The notes: a model not told the origin generated them from the sequence alone. DNA of 64,000 nt from Flavobacterium sp. (GCF_027484205.1 NZ_JAIXUB010000001.1:65528-129527), one strand, 5' to 3'; positions 39,349 to 47,348 are shown, counted from the stretch's first letter. Made by a program: numbers and translations.

Positions 39349-39514
39349 AGCTAACCCTAACTCCAGTTTTTAATTCTGTTTATGCTTACGCTTGCCATTT
39401 TGTTATTCGCGAAAAGTACTCAGATATTTTCAATTTAATCTTTCAAATTAATTCAGTAAATTTGTTTTGCTAGTGATTGCACCAACATCAGGCGTAAGCC
39501 GAAACACGTTAGTC
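39349..39514 (+). repeat. attC-like site 18 (divergent family)
   Basis: AGCTAAC/CCCTAAC; GCTTACGCTTG/CAGGCGTAAGC inverted repeat; TAAATTTG at 39457; GTTAGTC. Confidence 0.6.
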
Positions 39515-39541
39515 GCTTTACTAAAAACTTGAATAAAAAAC

Positions 39542-40099
39542 ATGAGCGAATTACAAACAAAGTATCAAAATGCAATAAAGTTTGCTGCAAAAAAGCATGC
39601 TGATAAAAATCAATTAATCCCGGGAACAAACTTATCTTACGTAGTTCATTTAAGCAATGTTGCAATGGAAATTTTAATTGCTTCTCAAAAAACAGAAACG
39701 TTTGATACAGAATTTGCAATTCAAGTCGCTTTACTCCACGACATATTGGAAGATACAGAAACTACTTTTGATGAACTTGTAAATGAATTTGGAGAAGAAA
39801 TTGCAAAAGCAATTTTATCTTTAACAAAGAACTCTAATATTCCAAAAGAAAAAAGAATGGACGATAGTCTAAATCGTATTAAAGAATTGAAGAAAGAAGT
39901 TTGGGCAGTAAAATTGGCAGACAGAATTACAAACTTACAAGTTCCACCAGAACATTGGAGTATTGAAAAGATTACAGAATATCAAAAACAAGCTGTTCAA
40001 ATACATAATTCCTTAAAAGGCGGAAATGAGTACTTAGAAAACAGACTTAGTAAAAAAATATTAGATTACTTAAAATATTGCGTAACAACTACAGAATAA
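39542..40099 (+). CDS. Cassette: HD-domain small alarmone hydrolase-like protein (RelA/SpoT HD, Mesh1-like)
   Basis: AAKKHADKNQ...YVVHLSNVA, ALLHDILEDT, VKLADRITNL. Confidence 0.85.
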   Translation: MSELQTKYQNAIKFAAKKHADKNQLIPGTNLSYVVHLSNVAMEILIASQKTETFDTEFAIQVALLHDILEDTETTFDELVNEFGEEIAKAILSLTKNSNIPKEKRMDDSLNRIKELKKEVWAVKLADRITNLQVPPEHWSIEKITEYQKQAVQIHNSLKGGNEYLENRLSKKILDYLKYCVTTTE

Positions 40100-40153
40100 T
40101 TACTGATACGAACATCGATTTCAATAATTTACAACAAAAGATAATTTTAAAAT

Positions 40154-40735
40154 TTGAATATGAGAACCAATTCGAAAGTTAAAAAAGATGAAAAGAGCAA
40201 TTTAAAAAAACATAAAAAAATCATCAATTTATCAGTAATAACAGGATTCCTTTTTTTATTGATTTGGATTTTCTTTTTTTATCAAAAGACATTTATAGAT
40301 ATTAAAATTGTATTAGCATTACTTTTCATTCCGAGTTTAATTGTAACAATACTTTTCTATAAAAAATTTGTGCCAATAAGTTTAGAAAACACTCTCCTGA
40401 ATATTTTATCATACATACTCGTCTATTTTCTTATTACTATTCCAATTGGTAATTTTGTAGTAATTTTATTTTTTTCGATAAACACTTTTCTAGCTTCTGA
40501 TCATATTGAAAAAGTAAACTTGAAAATCGAAAATGTGAATGTCACAAAAATCCGAAAACGAACACTTAACAAAAATAACTACTATTCCCATTTTGATGTT
40601 ACCTATAATGGCGTTTTAAAAAGATTTAAAACGGGAGATACACCAATTGATGAACTTGAAAACAAAACTGTAGAGTTCAAGTTAGCCAAAGGTTTTTTTG
40701 GATATTATATAATTAAAGGACGCAAAATTCAATAA
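40154..40735 (+). CDS. Cassette block: three-TM membrane protein
   Basis: Hydrophobic segments; C-terminal KGFFGYYII. Confidence 0.65.
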   Translation: MNMRTNSKVKKDEKSNLKKHKKIINLSVITGFLFLLIWIFFFYQKTFIDIKIVLALLFIPSLIVTILFYKKFVPISLENTLLNILSYILVYFLITIPIGNFVVILFFSINTFLASDHIEKVNLKIENVNVTKIRKRTLNKNNYYSHFDVTYNGVLKRFKTGDTPIDELENKTVEFKLAKGFFGYYIIKGRKIQ

Positions 40736-40737
40736 TA

Positions 40738-41424
40738 ATGATACTACTTACAGAAAAACAAGCCAATGATTTAATCACGTTTGTAGAAGATAAATTAACT
40801 ACAAAATCGTGCAATCACAAATTAACTTTTGCAATGCAATGGGCAAAAAAAAATAAAATTGACTTAGAAGATTTTGAAGATTTGATGTTGGAACAAGGTT
40901 GCGGTTGTGATTGCGAAGTGGTTTTGAACTTACCAAATGAAGGCGATTTAGAGTTGGAAGAAGAAAAAGAAAAAAACGATGATAACATAAACCCATTCAA
41001 AATCCCAGCTATTTTTGTTGAAGACTTATCGAAATTGTACGACAAAGCACTTTTTACAAGTGATGATTTAGATTATAATATCCACACAAGTCCAAATGAA
41101 ATTTTAATTCCAGCACCATACGGATATAAACCTAAAAAAAAAATGCCCAGAAGCGACTGGTTTTTCATTAGTTCAATAAGTGAAATGCCTAATGGTTTAG
41201 GTTTTGTAAAGCAAATTGAACCCATTTCAGCAATTGAATTTTCAAAAAAAATAAGAAACTCAAATATTGAATGTTTAAAAGACTTTTCGCCAAGAGCGGC
41301 ATCTTATTATTTTTCAAGAATCGAATTGCAACAAATTGGTAATGGAATGTGGTGCCATTTTTTAGAAAGAACAGGAATTGGAGGATTTAGTGTAGATTTA
41401 AAAATTAACAAAGCAGTAAGATGA
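40738..41424 (+). CDS. Cassette block: DUF2695-domain protein
   Basis: CNHKLTFAMQW...LEQGCGCDCEVVLN. Confidence 0.7.
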   Translation: MILLTEKQANDLITFVEDKLTTKSCNHKLTFAMQWAKKNKIDLEDFEDLMLEQGCGCDCEVVLNLPNEGDLELEEEKEKNDDNINPFKIPAIFVEDLSKLYDKALFTSDDLDYNIHTSPNEILIPAPYGYKPKKKMPRSDWFFISSISEMPNGLGFVKQIEPISAIEFSKKIRNSNIECLKDFSPRAASYYFSRIELQQIGNGMWCHFLERTGIGGFSVDLKINKAVR

Positions 41425-41434
41425 TAAAAACTTA

Positions 41435-41566
41435 CACTAAAAGCGGTTTGATAAAATGGCAAATTTTATGGTAAATACAAGTTTATATTTTACAAGAAAT
41501 TTTATCTTTATCAGAAAATAATTAGTTCCGAGGTTTTCAATCTTGTTAAACGCCAGAACATTACTA
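41435..41566 (+). repeat. attC-like site 19 (family B; cores AAA/ATT)
   Basis: CACTAAA ... family-B loop ... AGAAC ATTACTA. Confidence 0.78.
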
Positions 41567-41660
41567 GCAATTGACTAGCAGGATGGAGAATTCAATAACT
41601 TAATGCAGAAAAGATATTTTTTATCTTTATTGAATTGTGGAAAAAAACAAAATTTAAAAT

Positions 41661-42152
41661 ATGTTAATACCAATTATTTTCTTTTCAACTTTTTTTATAT
41701 TAATATTATTTTTTATAAACTCAATAAATAAAAACAGAGAAAATCAATATAAATTCTTAATTGAAAGTTTAAAAACTGAGACAGAACTTTATATTGAGCA
41801 GACCAAAATCGCAACTATGACAATGGGGCGAAATAATCGAGATTTTTTATTTAATCGTTGCGATTTATATTTGACTAAAAACGCTATGATAATTTTAGGT
41901 TTTACTAAAAATAGTTTTCTAAAACAACTCTCTTTACCAATTATTTTAACAACAGAACTTAGCGAACTTTCAAATAGGTTTCCATTTGCATATGTAAAAA
42001 AAGTAAATAAGATAAGCTTTGAGAATAATATTGTGAAGATTAATTTTGGAGAAAAAGGAATTACTAAAACAGAAGTTACACTGAAATTTAACTCACTGAG
42101 CGAAATTGAAAAAACAAAAATTAAAGAATTAGTTGAAAAAAACTGCTGGTAA
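41661..42152 (+). CDS. Cassette: hypothetical protein with an N-terminal TM
   Basis: Its stop TAA lies inside R'' of site 20. Confidence 0.7.
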   Translation: MLIPIIFFSTFFILILFFINSINKNRENQYKFLIESLKTETELYIEQTKIATMTMGRNNRDFLFNRCDLYLTKNAMIILGFTKNSFLKQLSLPIILTTELSELSNRFPFAYVKKVNKISFENNIVKINFGEKGITKTEVTLKFNSLSEIEKTKIKELVEKNCW

Positions 42153-42277
42153 CAACAGTTTGGTAAAATGGAGAATTTTGTGGTAAATACAAGTTTATAT
42201 TTTACAAGAAATTTTATCTTTATCGAAAATAATTAGTCCCGAGGTTTGTAACCTTGTTTAGTACCATAACGTTAGCA
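42147..42277 (+). repeat. attC-like site 20 (family B)
   Basis: TGGTAAC ... ATAAC GTTAGCA. Confidence 0.8.
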
Positions 42278-42284
42278 AACATTT

Positions 42285-43124
42285 ATGAAAAACAGTATCT
42301 TTTTCTTCATATGTTCATTATTCTCACAATTTGCACATTGCCAGGAAATGAGCATGGAGGATGAATTATATGTATTTCACTCTCCTTCAACTGGTAAAGT
42401 TGGCTATATGAATAATCATGATGAAATTATTATTCCTGCACAATATTCATCAGCTAGCTCTAAATTTAATATGTATGTTGTAACTCTTGGTAAAATAAAT
42501 TCAGGAGAAGAAAAATATGCTCTTTATGATAGTCGTGGTAATTTCATTTTAGGATTTGAAAATAATTATGAATTTATTAGTTTGTCAGATTATGAGGAAA
42601 GTCTTATTCAAGTTCAGAAAAATGGCAAATATGGTTACGTAAATAAAGAAAATGAGATTAAAATTCCAATCATATATGACGAGGTATTACAATTAGGGAA
42701 TGGATTGATAACGGCTCACAAGAATGGCAAATATGGTTTTATTGATTTTTCAGGCAATATAATTATTGAATTTCAATATGAGGATGTATTCATCTTTGGA
42801 GAGATACAAAGTGACAATCACAAATACTGCCAAATTTCAATAAATGGAAAGTATGGGTTTATTAACGAAAATGGACAAAATGTAATTCCATGTATCTATG
42901 ATTCAGTAACTCAATTTCACAAAGATATTTCAGAAGTAACTATTAATGAAAAACATGGAGTTATAAATACAAGTGGAGAGATTTTAATCCCAATATTGTA
43001 CGACCATTTAAAAGAAGATTACGAAACAAGTCAATTTGTAGCAACTATCAATTCAAAACCAAAGTATGAATTTATATACGACAGAACAGGGATTTTTATA
43101 AAGAGAAGAAAAGTTTCTAACTAA
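42285..43124 (+). CDS. Cassette: secreted WG-repeat protein
   Basis: Repeated KNGKYG(Y/F)I..G..IIP..YD units. Confidence 0.85.
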   Translation: MKNSIFFFICSLFSQFAHCQEMSMEDELYVFHSPSTGKVGYMNNHDEIIIPAQYSSASSKFNMYVVTLGKINSGEEKYALYDSRGNFILGFENNYEFISLSDYEESLIQVQKNGKYGYVNKENEIKIPIIYDEVLQLGNGLITAHKNGKYGFIDFSGNIIIEFQYEDVFIFGEIQSDNHKYCQISINGKYGFINENGQNVIPCIYDSVTQFHKDISEVTINEKHGVINTSGEILIPILYDHLKEDYETSQFVATINSKPKYEFIYDRTGIFIKRRKVSN

Positions 43125-43132
43125 AAAACTTT

Positions 43133-43265
43133 TACCAACAGCAGTTTCTCTCAATTGAGAATTTTGTAATAAATTCACGTTTACGTTTCGTAAGAAATTT
43201 TATCTTTGATATAAAATAATTGGTTCTAAGATATGCAACTGAAAAGAAGTGACGGAACGTTAGCA
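43133..43265 (+). repeat. attC-like site 21 (family B)
   Basis: TACCAAC ... TATCTTTG at 43201 ... GGAAC GTTAGCA. Confidence 0.85.
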
Positions 43266-43290
43266 TAATTTTTTTATATCAACAACATAG

Positions 43291-44007
43291 ATGAATATTA
43301 TTAGAGAGATAAAACATTTTTTTCAAAGACGAAAAGCACTTAATGAAATTTATGATGATCTTAATAACTTAGATGAAGTTCATTTAGACAAAAGAATAGA
43401 AATTTTCAATGAAATTGTAACTCCAAAGTTAGCAGAAATAGGGTTAGTCAATTGGAATGGTAAATACATTTGGTTTAGTAATTTTAACGAAGAGGGAATT
43501 AAACACGTAGTGGAATATAATGTGTTTAAGTATTTTGGTGGATCTTTTTCGTATGGAAACTGTTATAACTTCATACCAACTATTTCTGGACGTAAATTAA
43601 TTTATCACAAGACCGACAAGTCAACTAAAATCATTTATTACAAAAAGTCTGAAGGTTGGCAAAAAAGTGATGATGAACATTCTCCTATAAACATAGATAA
43701 GGTAAGTACTGTAAACGAAGAAAAATTTCGTAAAAGTTTAAATGAAGTTTTAGATAGAAATATTTCAAAATTTCAAAAATGGTTTCAACAGAATGAATCT
43801 ATCGAACAAAATATTCAAAATTTAATAAAAGATATTGAACAAGAAAAAAAAGAATTTATTCGTAGAATTATATCCTTTGATTACATTCTATGCTTTTTGT
43901 ACACTCGGAAAGGTGATGTCGATGCCGCCAAAAAACATTTTAATCAACACATAAAAAGAAATTTAAGTAGTCCAACAGAAATAGAACTTTTAAAAGAGAA
44001 AATATAA
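43291..44007 (+). CDS. Cassette: hypothetical cytoplasmic protein
   Basis: 238 aa ORF between sites 21 and 22. Confidence 0.7.
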   Translation: MNIIREIKHFFQRRKALNEIYDDLNNLDEVHLDKRIEIFNEIVTPKLAEIGLVNWNGKYIWFSNFNEEGIKHVVEYNVFKYFGGSFSYGNCYNFIPTISGRKLIYHKTDKSTKIIYYKKSEGWQKSDDEHSPINIDKVSTVNEEKFRKSLNEVLDRNISKFQKWFQQNESIEQNIQNLIKDIEQEKKEFIRRIISFDYILCFLYTRKGDVDAAKKHFNQHIKRNLSSPTEIELLKEKI

Positions 44008-44021
44008 ATTATGCAAGCTTC

Positions 44022-44158
44022 TGCTTACAACACCTTCAAGAAATGTCCATACAAGGGATTTATCAGAAATTGGAAAGTTTTAATTTAAAGTTTTAGTTAT
44101 ATTTGTAAGGGCTTGGTTTTGGTTCATATCCACTTCTGGTAGCGGCAAAACGTTAGCA
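44022..44158 (+). repeat. attC-like site 22 (family A; R'' core TAC)
   Basis: TGCTTAC ... TATATTTG at 44098 ... CCACTTCTGGTAGCGGC AAAAC GTTAGCA. Confidence 0.82.
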
Positions 44159-44168
44159 ACTTTTTAAA

Positions 44169-45350
44169 ATGATAACAAAAAGAAAATTACTATTTACTTT
44201 ACTTTTAACGTTTGCAACATTCTATGCAAATGCACAACAAGTAATTTTTGGAACTAATAATTTTATTGAATATCAAGTAGGAACACTTCCGTTAGTTATT
44301 TCAGTTCCTCATGGCGGTAACTTAAATCCAAGCGCTATACCAAATAGAACTTGTAACAACCCTGTTTATGCAACAGACGAATTTACCATTGAAACTGCGT
44401 TAGAAATCAAAAACAAACTTTTTGAATTAACAGGTTGCTATCCTCATTTAATTATTTCTCACTTGAATCGTAGTAAACTTGACCCTAATCGTAATTTAGC
44501 AGACGGTGCATGTGGTAACTCTGAAGCAGAAACAGCGTGGAATGAATTTCATGGTTTTATAACTAATGCACGAAACACGACAAATCTACAAAATGACTAT
44601 AAAACTTTTTTCGTGGATTTACATGGTCATGGCAATCCAATTCAAAGAATTGAATTAGGATATTTACTTTACGATTCTGAACTAGGATTATCTGACAGTA
44701 CCTTGAATACAGAACAATATTTAAACTACAGTTCTATTAAAAATCTAGTTCTAAACAATGTAAACAATTATACACATGCGGAACTTTTGAGAGGACCTTA
44801 TTCTTTAGGTACATTTTTAGCAAATAATAATTTCCCATCAGTTCCTAGTCAAAGCATTCCGTTTCCTGGAACAACTTCAAATTATTTTAGTGGTGGATAT
44901 ATTACTGCAAATCATACTTGTTATAACATTGGAGCTCCAATAAATGGACTTCAAATGGAATTAAATTACAACAATATTAGAAACACAGCAGCAAATAGGA
45001 CGGCATTTGCTCTTGCATTTACTCAAAGTATGGTATCCTATTTTAGTACACATTTTAATGTCTCACTGATTGGTTGTAGCACACTTTCAACTATTAATAA
45101 TGAATTAGAAAAAAAAATAATTATATACCCAAATCCGTTAGTTAGAGGAGATAGTATTCATTTTAATTTCTCAGAAGATATTGAATATGAATACCAAATT
45201 TTAAATACATTAGGGCAGATAGTAGTTGCTGGACAGTTGAAGCACAATCAGTCTATAGATTCAAGTAAATTATCTCCAGGCGTTTTTTTAATAAAACTAT
45301 CCAATAAAAACAATAATGATATAAATGTGCTTAAAATTATTGTTCAATAA
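44169..45350 (+). CDS. Cassette: N-formylglutamate amidohydrolase-like enzyme with a T9SS type-A C-terminal domain
   Basis: PLVISVPHGG, SKLDPNR, VDLHGHG, GGYIT, LQMEL; CTD IYPNP...ILNTLGQ...LSPGVFLIKL. Confidence 0.75.
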   Translation: MITKRKLLFTLLLTFATFYANAQQVIFGTNNFIEYQVGTLPLVISVPHGGNLNPSAIPNRTCNNPVYATDEFTIETALEIKNKLFELTGCYPHLIISHLNRSKLDPNRNLADGACGNSEAETAWNEFHGFITNARNTTNLQNDYKTFFVDLHGHGNPIQRIELGYLLYDSELGLSDSTLNTEQYLNYSSIKNLVLNNVNNYTHAELLRGPYSLGTFLANNNFPSVPSQSIPFPGTTSNYFSGGYITANHTCYNIGAPINGLQMELNYNNIRNTAANRTAFALAFTQSMVSYFSTHFNVSLIGCSTLSTINNELEKKIIIYPNPLVRGDSIHFNFSEDIEYEYQILNTLGQIVVAGQLKHNQSIDSSKLSPGVFLIKLSNKNNNDINVLKIIVQ

Positions 45351-45357
45351 AAACAAC

Positions 45358-45518
45358 TGCCAATACTGGTTTTATTGACTATTACAAAGCTTGCACTTGC
45401 TGTTTTGTTTTAATGGAATAATCTGGTTGATACATTTATATCTTTCAAAGAAAATTCGTGGGTTTGTTTTGATCAGTCATTGCAGCAGCAACTGGTGAAA
45501 AGCAATAGAACGTTGACA
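45358..45518 (+). repeat. attC-like site 23 (family C-like), right end of the array
   Basis: TGCCAAT ... GCAGCAAC ... AGAAC GTTGACA; no further cassette follows. Confidence 0.72.
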
Positions 45519-45562
45519 GAAAAACCTGAATTACCAAAAAAAGGTCAAGTGTAAAACCTCAC

Positions 45563-45597
45563 AAAAAAACCCGTTTTGCATTACAAAACGGGTTTTT
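45563..45597. terminator. Bidirectional intrinsic terminator closing the array and the carboxylase operon
   Basis: AAAAACCCGTTTTG/CAAAACGGGTTTTT. Confidence 0.8.
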
Positions 45598-45618
45598 CAT
45601 TTCATGAAAAAAAGATAA

Positions 45619-47160
45619 TTACAACGGAATATTTCCGTGTTTGCGTTTTGGTGTATCAACCACTTTATTTTCGAGCATACTGAACGCTTTTAGTAGTTTT
45701 CTACGTGTATCTTTTGGTAAAATAACCTCATCAATAAAACCACGTTGCGCTGCTGTATATGGATTTGCAAACAACTCCGCATATTCTGCTTCTTTTTCTG
45801 CTAATTTTTCTGTTGGATTTTGGGCTTCACTAATTTCTTTTTTGAAGATAATTTCAGATGCACCTTTTGCTCCCATCACAGCAATTTCGGCACATGGCCA
45901 TGCAAAATTCATATCGGCACCAATGTGTTTCGAATTCATTACATCATACGCGCCACCATAAGCTTTACGAGTAATCACTGTAACTCTTGGAACTGTGGCT
46001 TCACTGAAAGCATATAATAATTTTGCGCCATGAACGATAATTCCGTTCCATTCTTGATCCGTTCCAGGTAAGAATCCAGGAACATCTTCTAAAACCAACA
46101 ATGGAATATTGAAACAATCGCAAAAACGAACAAATCGCGCACCCTTAATTGAAGATTTCACATCCAAACATCCTGCTAAAAACTTAGGATTATTAGCTAC
46201 AATTCCGATGCTTCTTCCTCCTAATCTTGCAAAACCTACAATAATATTTTCGGCAAAATCCTTATGAATTTCGAAAAACGAATCCTCATCAATAATGTTG
46301 TCAATAACATCGTGCATGTCGTAAGGTTTGTTCGCATTATCTGGAATAATAGTATCCAGTTTCTCCCGAACTTCATCGTTAGTTACATAGGGCAACTTAG
46401 GTGTTGTTTCTCTGTTATTTTGAGGCAAATAGCTCAATAATTTTTTAATATCTTCAAGACATTCAATTCCGTTAGGCGAAGTGATATGTGCCACACCAGA
46501 TTTAGTAGAATGTGTACTCGCTCCACCTAATTCTTCCGAAGTAACTTCTTCGTTTGTAACCGTTTTCACCACATTTGGTCCAGTAACAAACATATAACTA
46601 TTTCCTTCAACCATCATCGTAAAATCGGTCATAGCAGGCGAATAAACAGCGCCACCAGCACATGGTCCCATAATGGCAGAAATCTGTGGAATTACACCAC
46701 TAGATTGTACATTTCTATAAAAAATATCAGCATAACCACCAAGCGAACGAACACCTTCCTGAATTCTAGCTCCACCAGAATCGTTTAACCCAATCATTGG
46801 CGCACCACTTTTTAGAGCCATGTCCATTACTTTACATATTTTTTCAGCATGAGTTTCAGATAATGAACCTCCAAAAACGGTGAAATCTTGTGCAAAAACA
46901 TATACAATTCTTCCGTTAATTGTTCCATAACCTGTCACAACACCATCGCCATAAACAATTTCTTTTTCCATACCAAAATCGGTAGTTCGGTGTGTTACCA
47001 ACATTCCGATTTCTTCAAAAGAACCTTCGTCCATAAGATATTCCACACGTTCACGAGCCGTTAATTTCTTTTTGGCATGATGCGACGCAATTCTTTTTTC
47101 ACCTCCACCTAATTTGGCTAAAGCTATTTTATCGTTTAATATTTTAATTTTATCTTCCAT
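45619..47160 (-). CDS. pccB: Acyl-CoA (propionyl-CoA) carboxylase carboxyltransferase subunit
   Basis: [39 protein letters not shown]. Confidence 0.88.
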   Translation of the reverse strand: MEDKIKILNDKIALAKLGGGEKRIASHHAKKKLTARERVEYLMDEGSFEEIGMLVTHRTTDFGMEKEIVYGDGVVTGYGTINGRIVYVFAQDFTVFGGSLSETHAEKICKVMDMALKSGAPMIGLNDSGGARIQEGVRSLGGYADIFYRNVQSSGVIPQISAIMGPCAGGAVYSPAMTDFTMMVEGNSYMFVTGPNVVKTVTNEEVTSEELGGASTHSTKSGVAHITSPNGIECLEDIKKLLSYLPQNNRETTPKLPYVTNDEVREKLDTIIPDNANKPYDMHDVIDNIIDEDSFFEIHKDFAENIIVGFARLGGRSIGIVANNPKFLAGCLDVKSSIKGARFVRFCDCFNIPLLVLEDVPGFLPGTDQEWNGIIVHGAKLLYAFSEATVPRVTVITRKAYGGAYDVMNSKHIGADMNFAWPCAEIAVMGAKGASEIIFKKEISEAQNPTEKLAEKEAEYAELFANPYTAAQRGFIDEVILPKDTRRKLLKAFSMLENKVVDTPKRKHGNIPL

Positions 47161-47174
47161 TTATTTTTATTTTT

Positions 47175-47317
47175 AACCACATAGAAACATAGATTCATAG
47201 TTTCATTTTGTGTTGAGACGCTTCGCTTTATATAGCTATCATAGTTCCTATGAAAATCGAAGATTTTTCTATTTTATCTTTAAAAAAATCTAAAATTATC
47301 TATGATTCTATGTGGTT
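47175..47317. repeat. MITE/REP-like element with 18-bp terminal inverted repeats
   Basis: AACCACATAGAAACATAG (47175) / CTATGATTCTATGTGGTT (47300), 1 mismatch, 8-nt internal period. Confidence 0.65.
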
Positions 47318-47348
47318 TAAATTATTTTATTGTATTAATGTAAAATCG

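Larger units (their letters stand above)
23982..45518 (+). mobile_element. Integron-like gene-cassette array lacking a linked integrase (CALIN-like), about 23 attC-like sites
   Basis: Alternating unrelated ORFs and 128-166 bp AAC...GTT palindromes; complementary cassette ends; almost all ORFs on +. Confidence 0.9.

Noticed and set aside
40154-41424. Toxin-antitoxin call for the coupled gene pair
   Set aside because: Neither protein shows a recognisable toxin or antitoxin motif; only translational coupling is visible.
23982-45518. CRISPR array interpretation of the recurring repeats
   Set aside because: The repeats are 128-166 bp, fall in several families and are separated by whole genes (0.3-2 kb); no cas genes are present.
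23982-45518. Prophage, IS or ICE interpretation
   Set aside because: No structural, replication, transposase, conjugation or integrase genes, and no flanking direct repeats were found.
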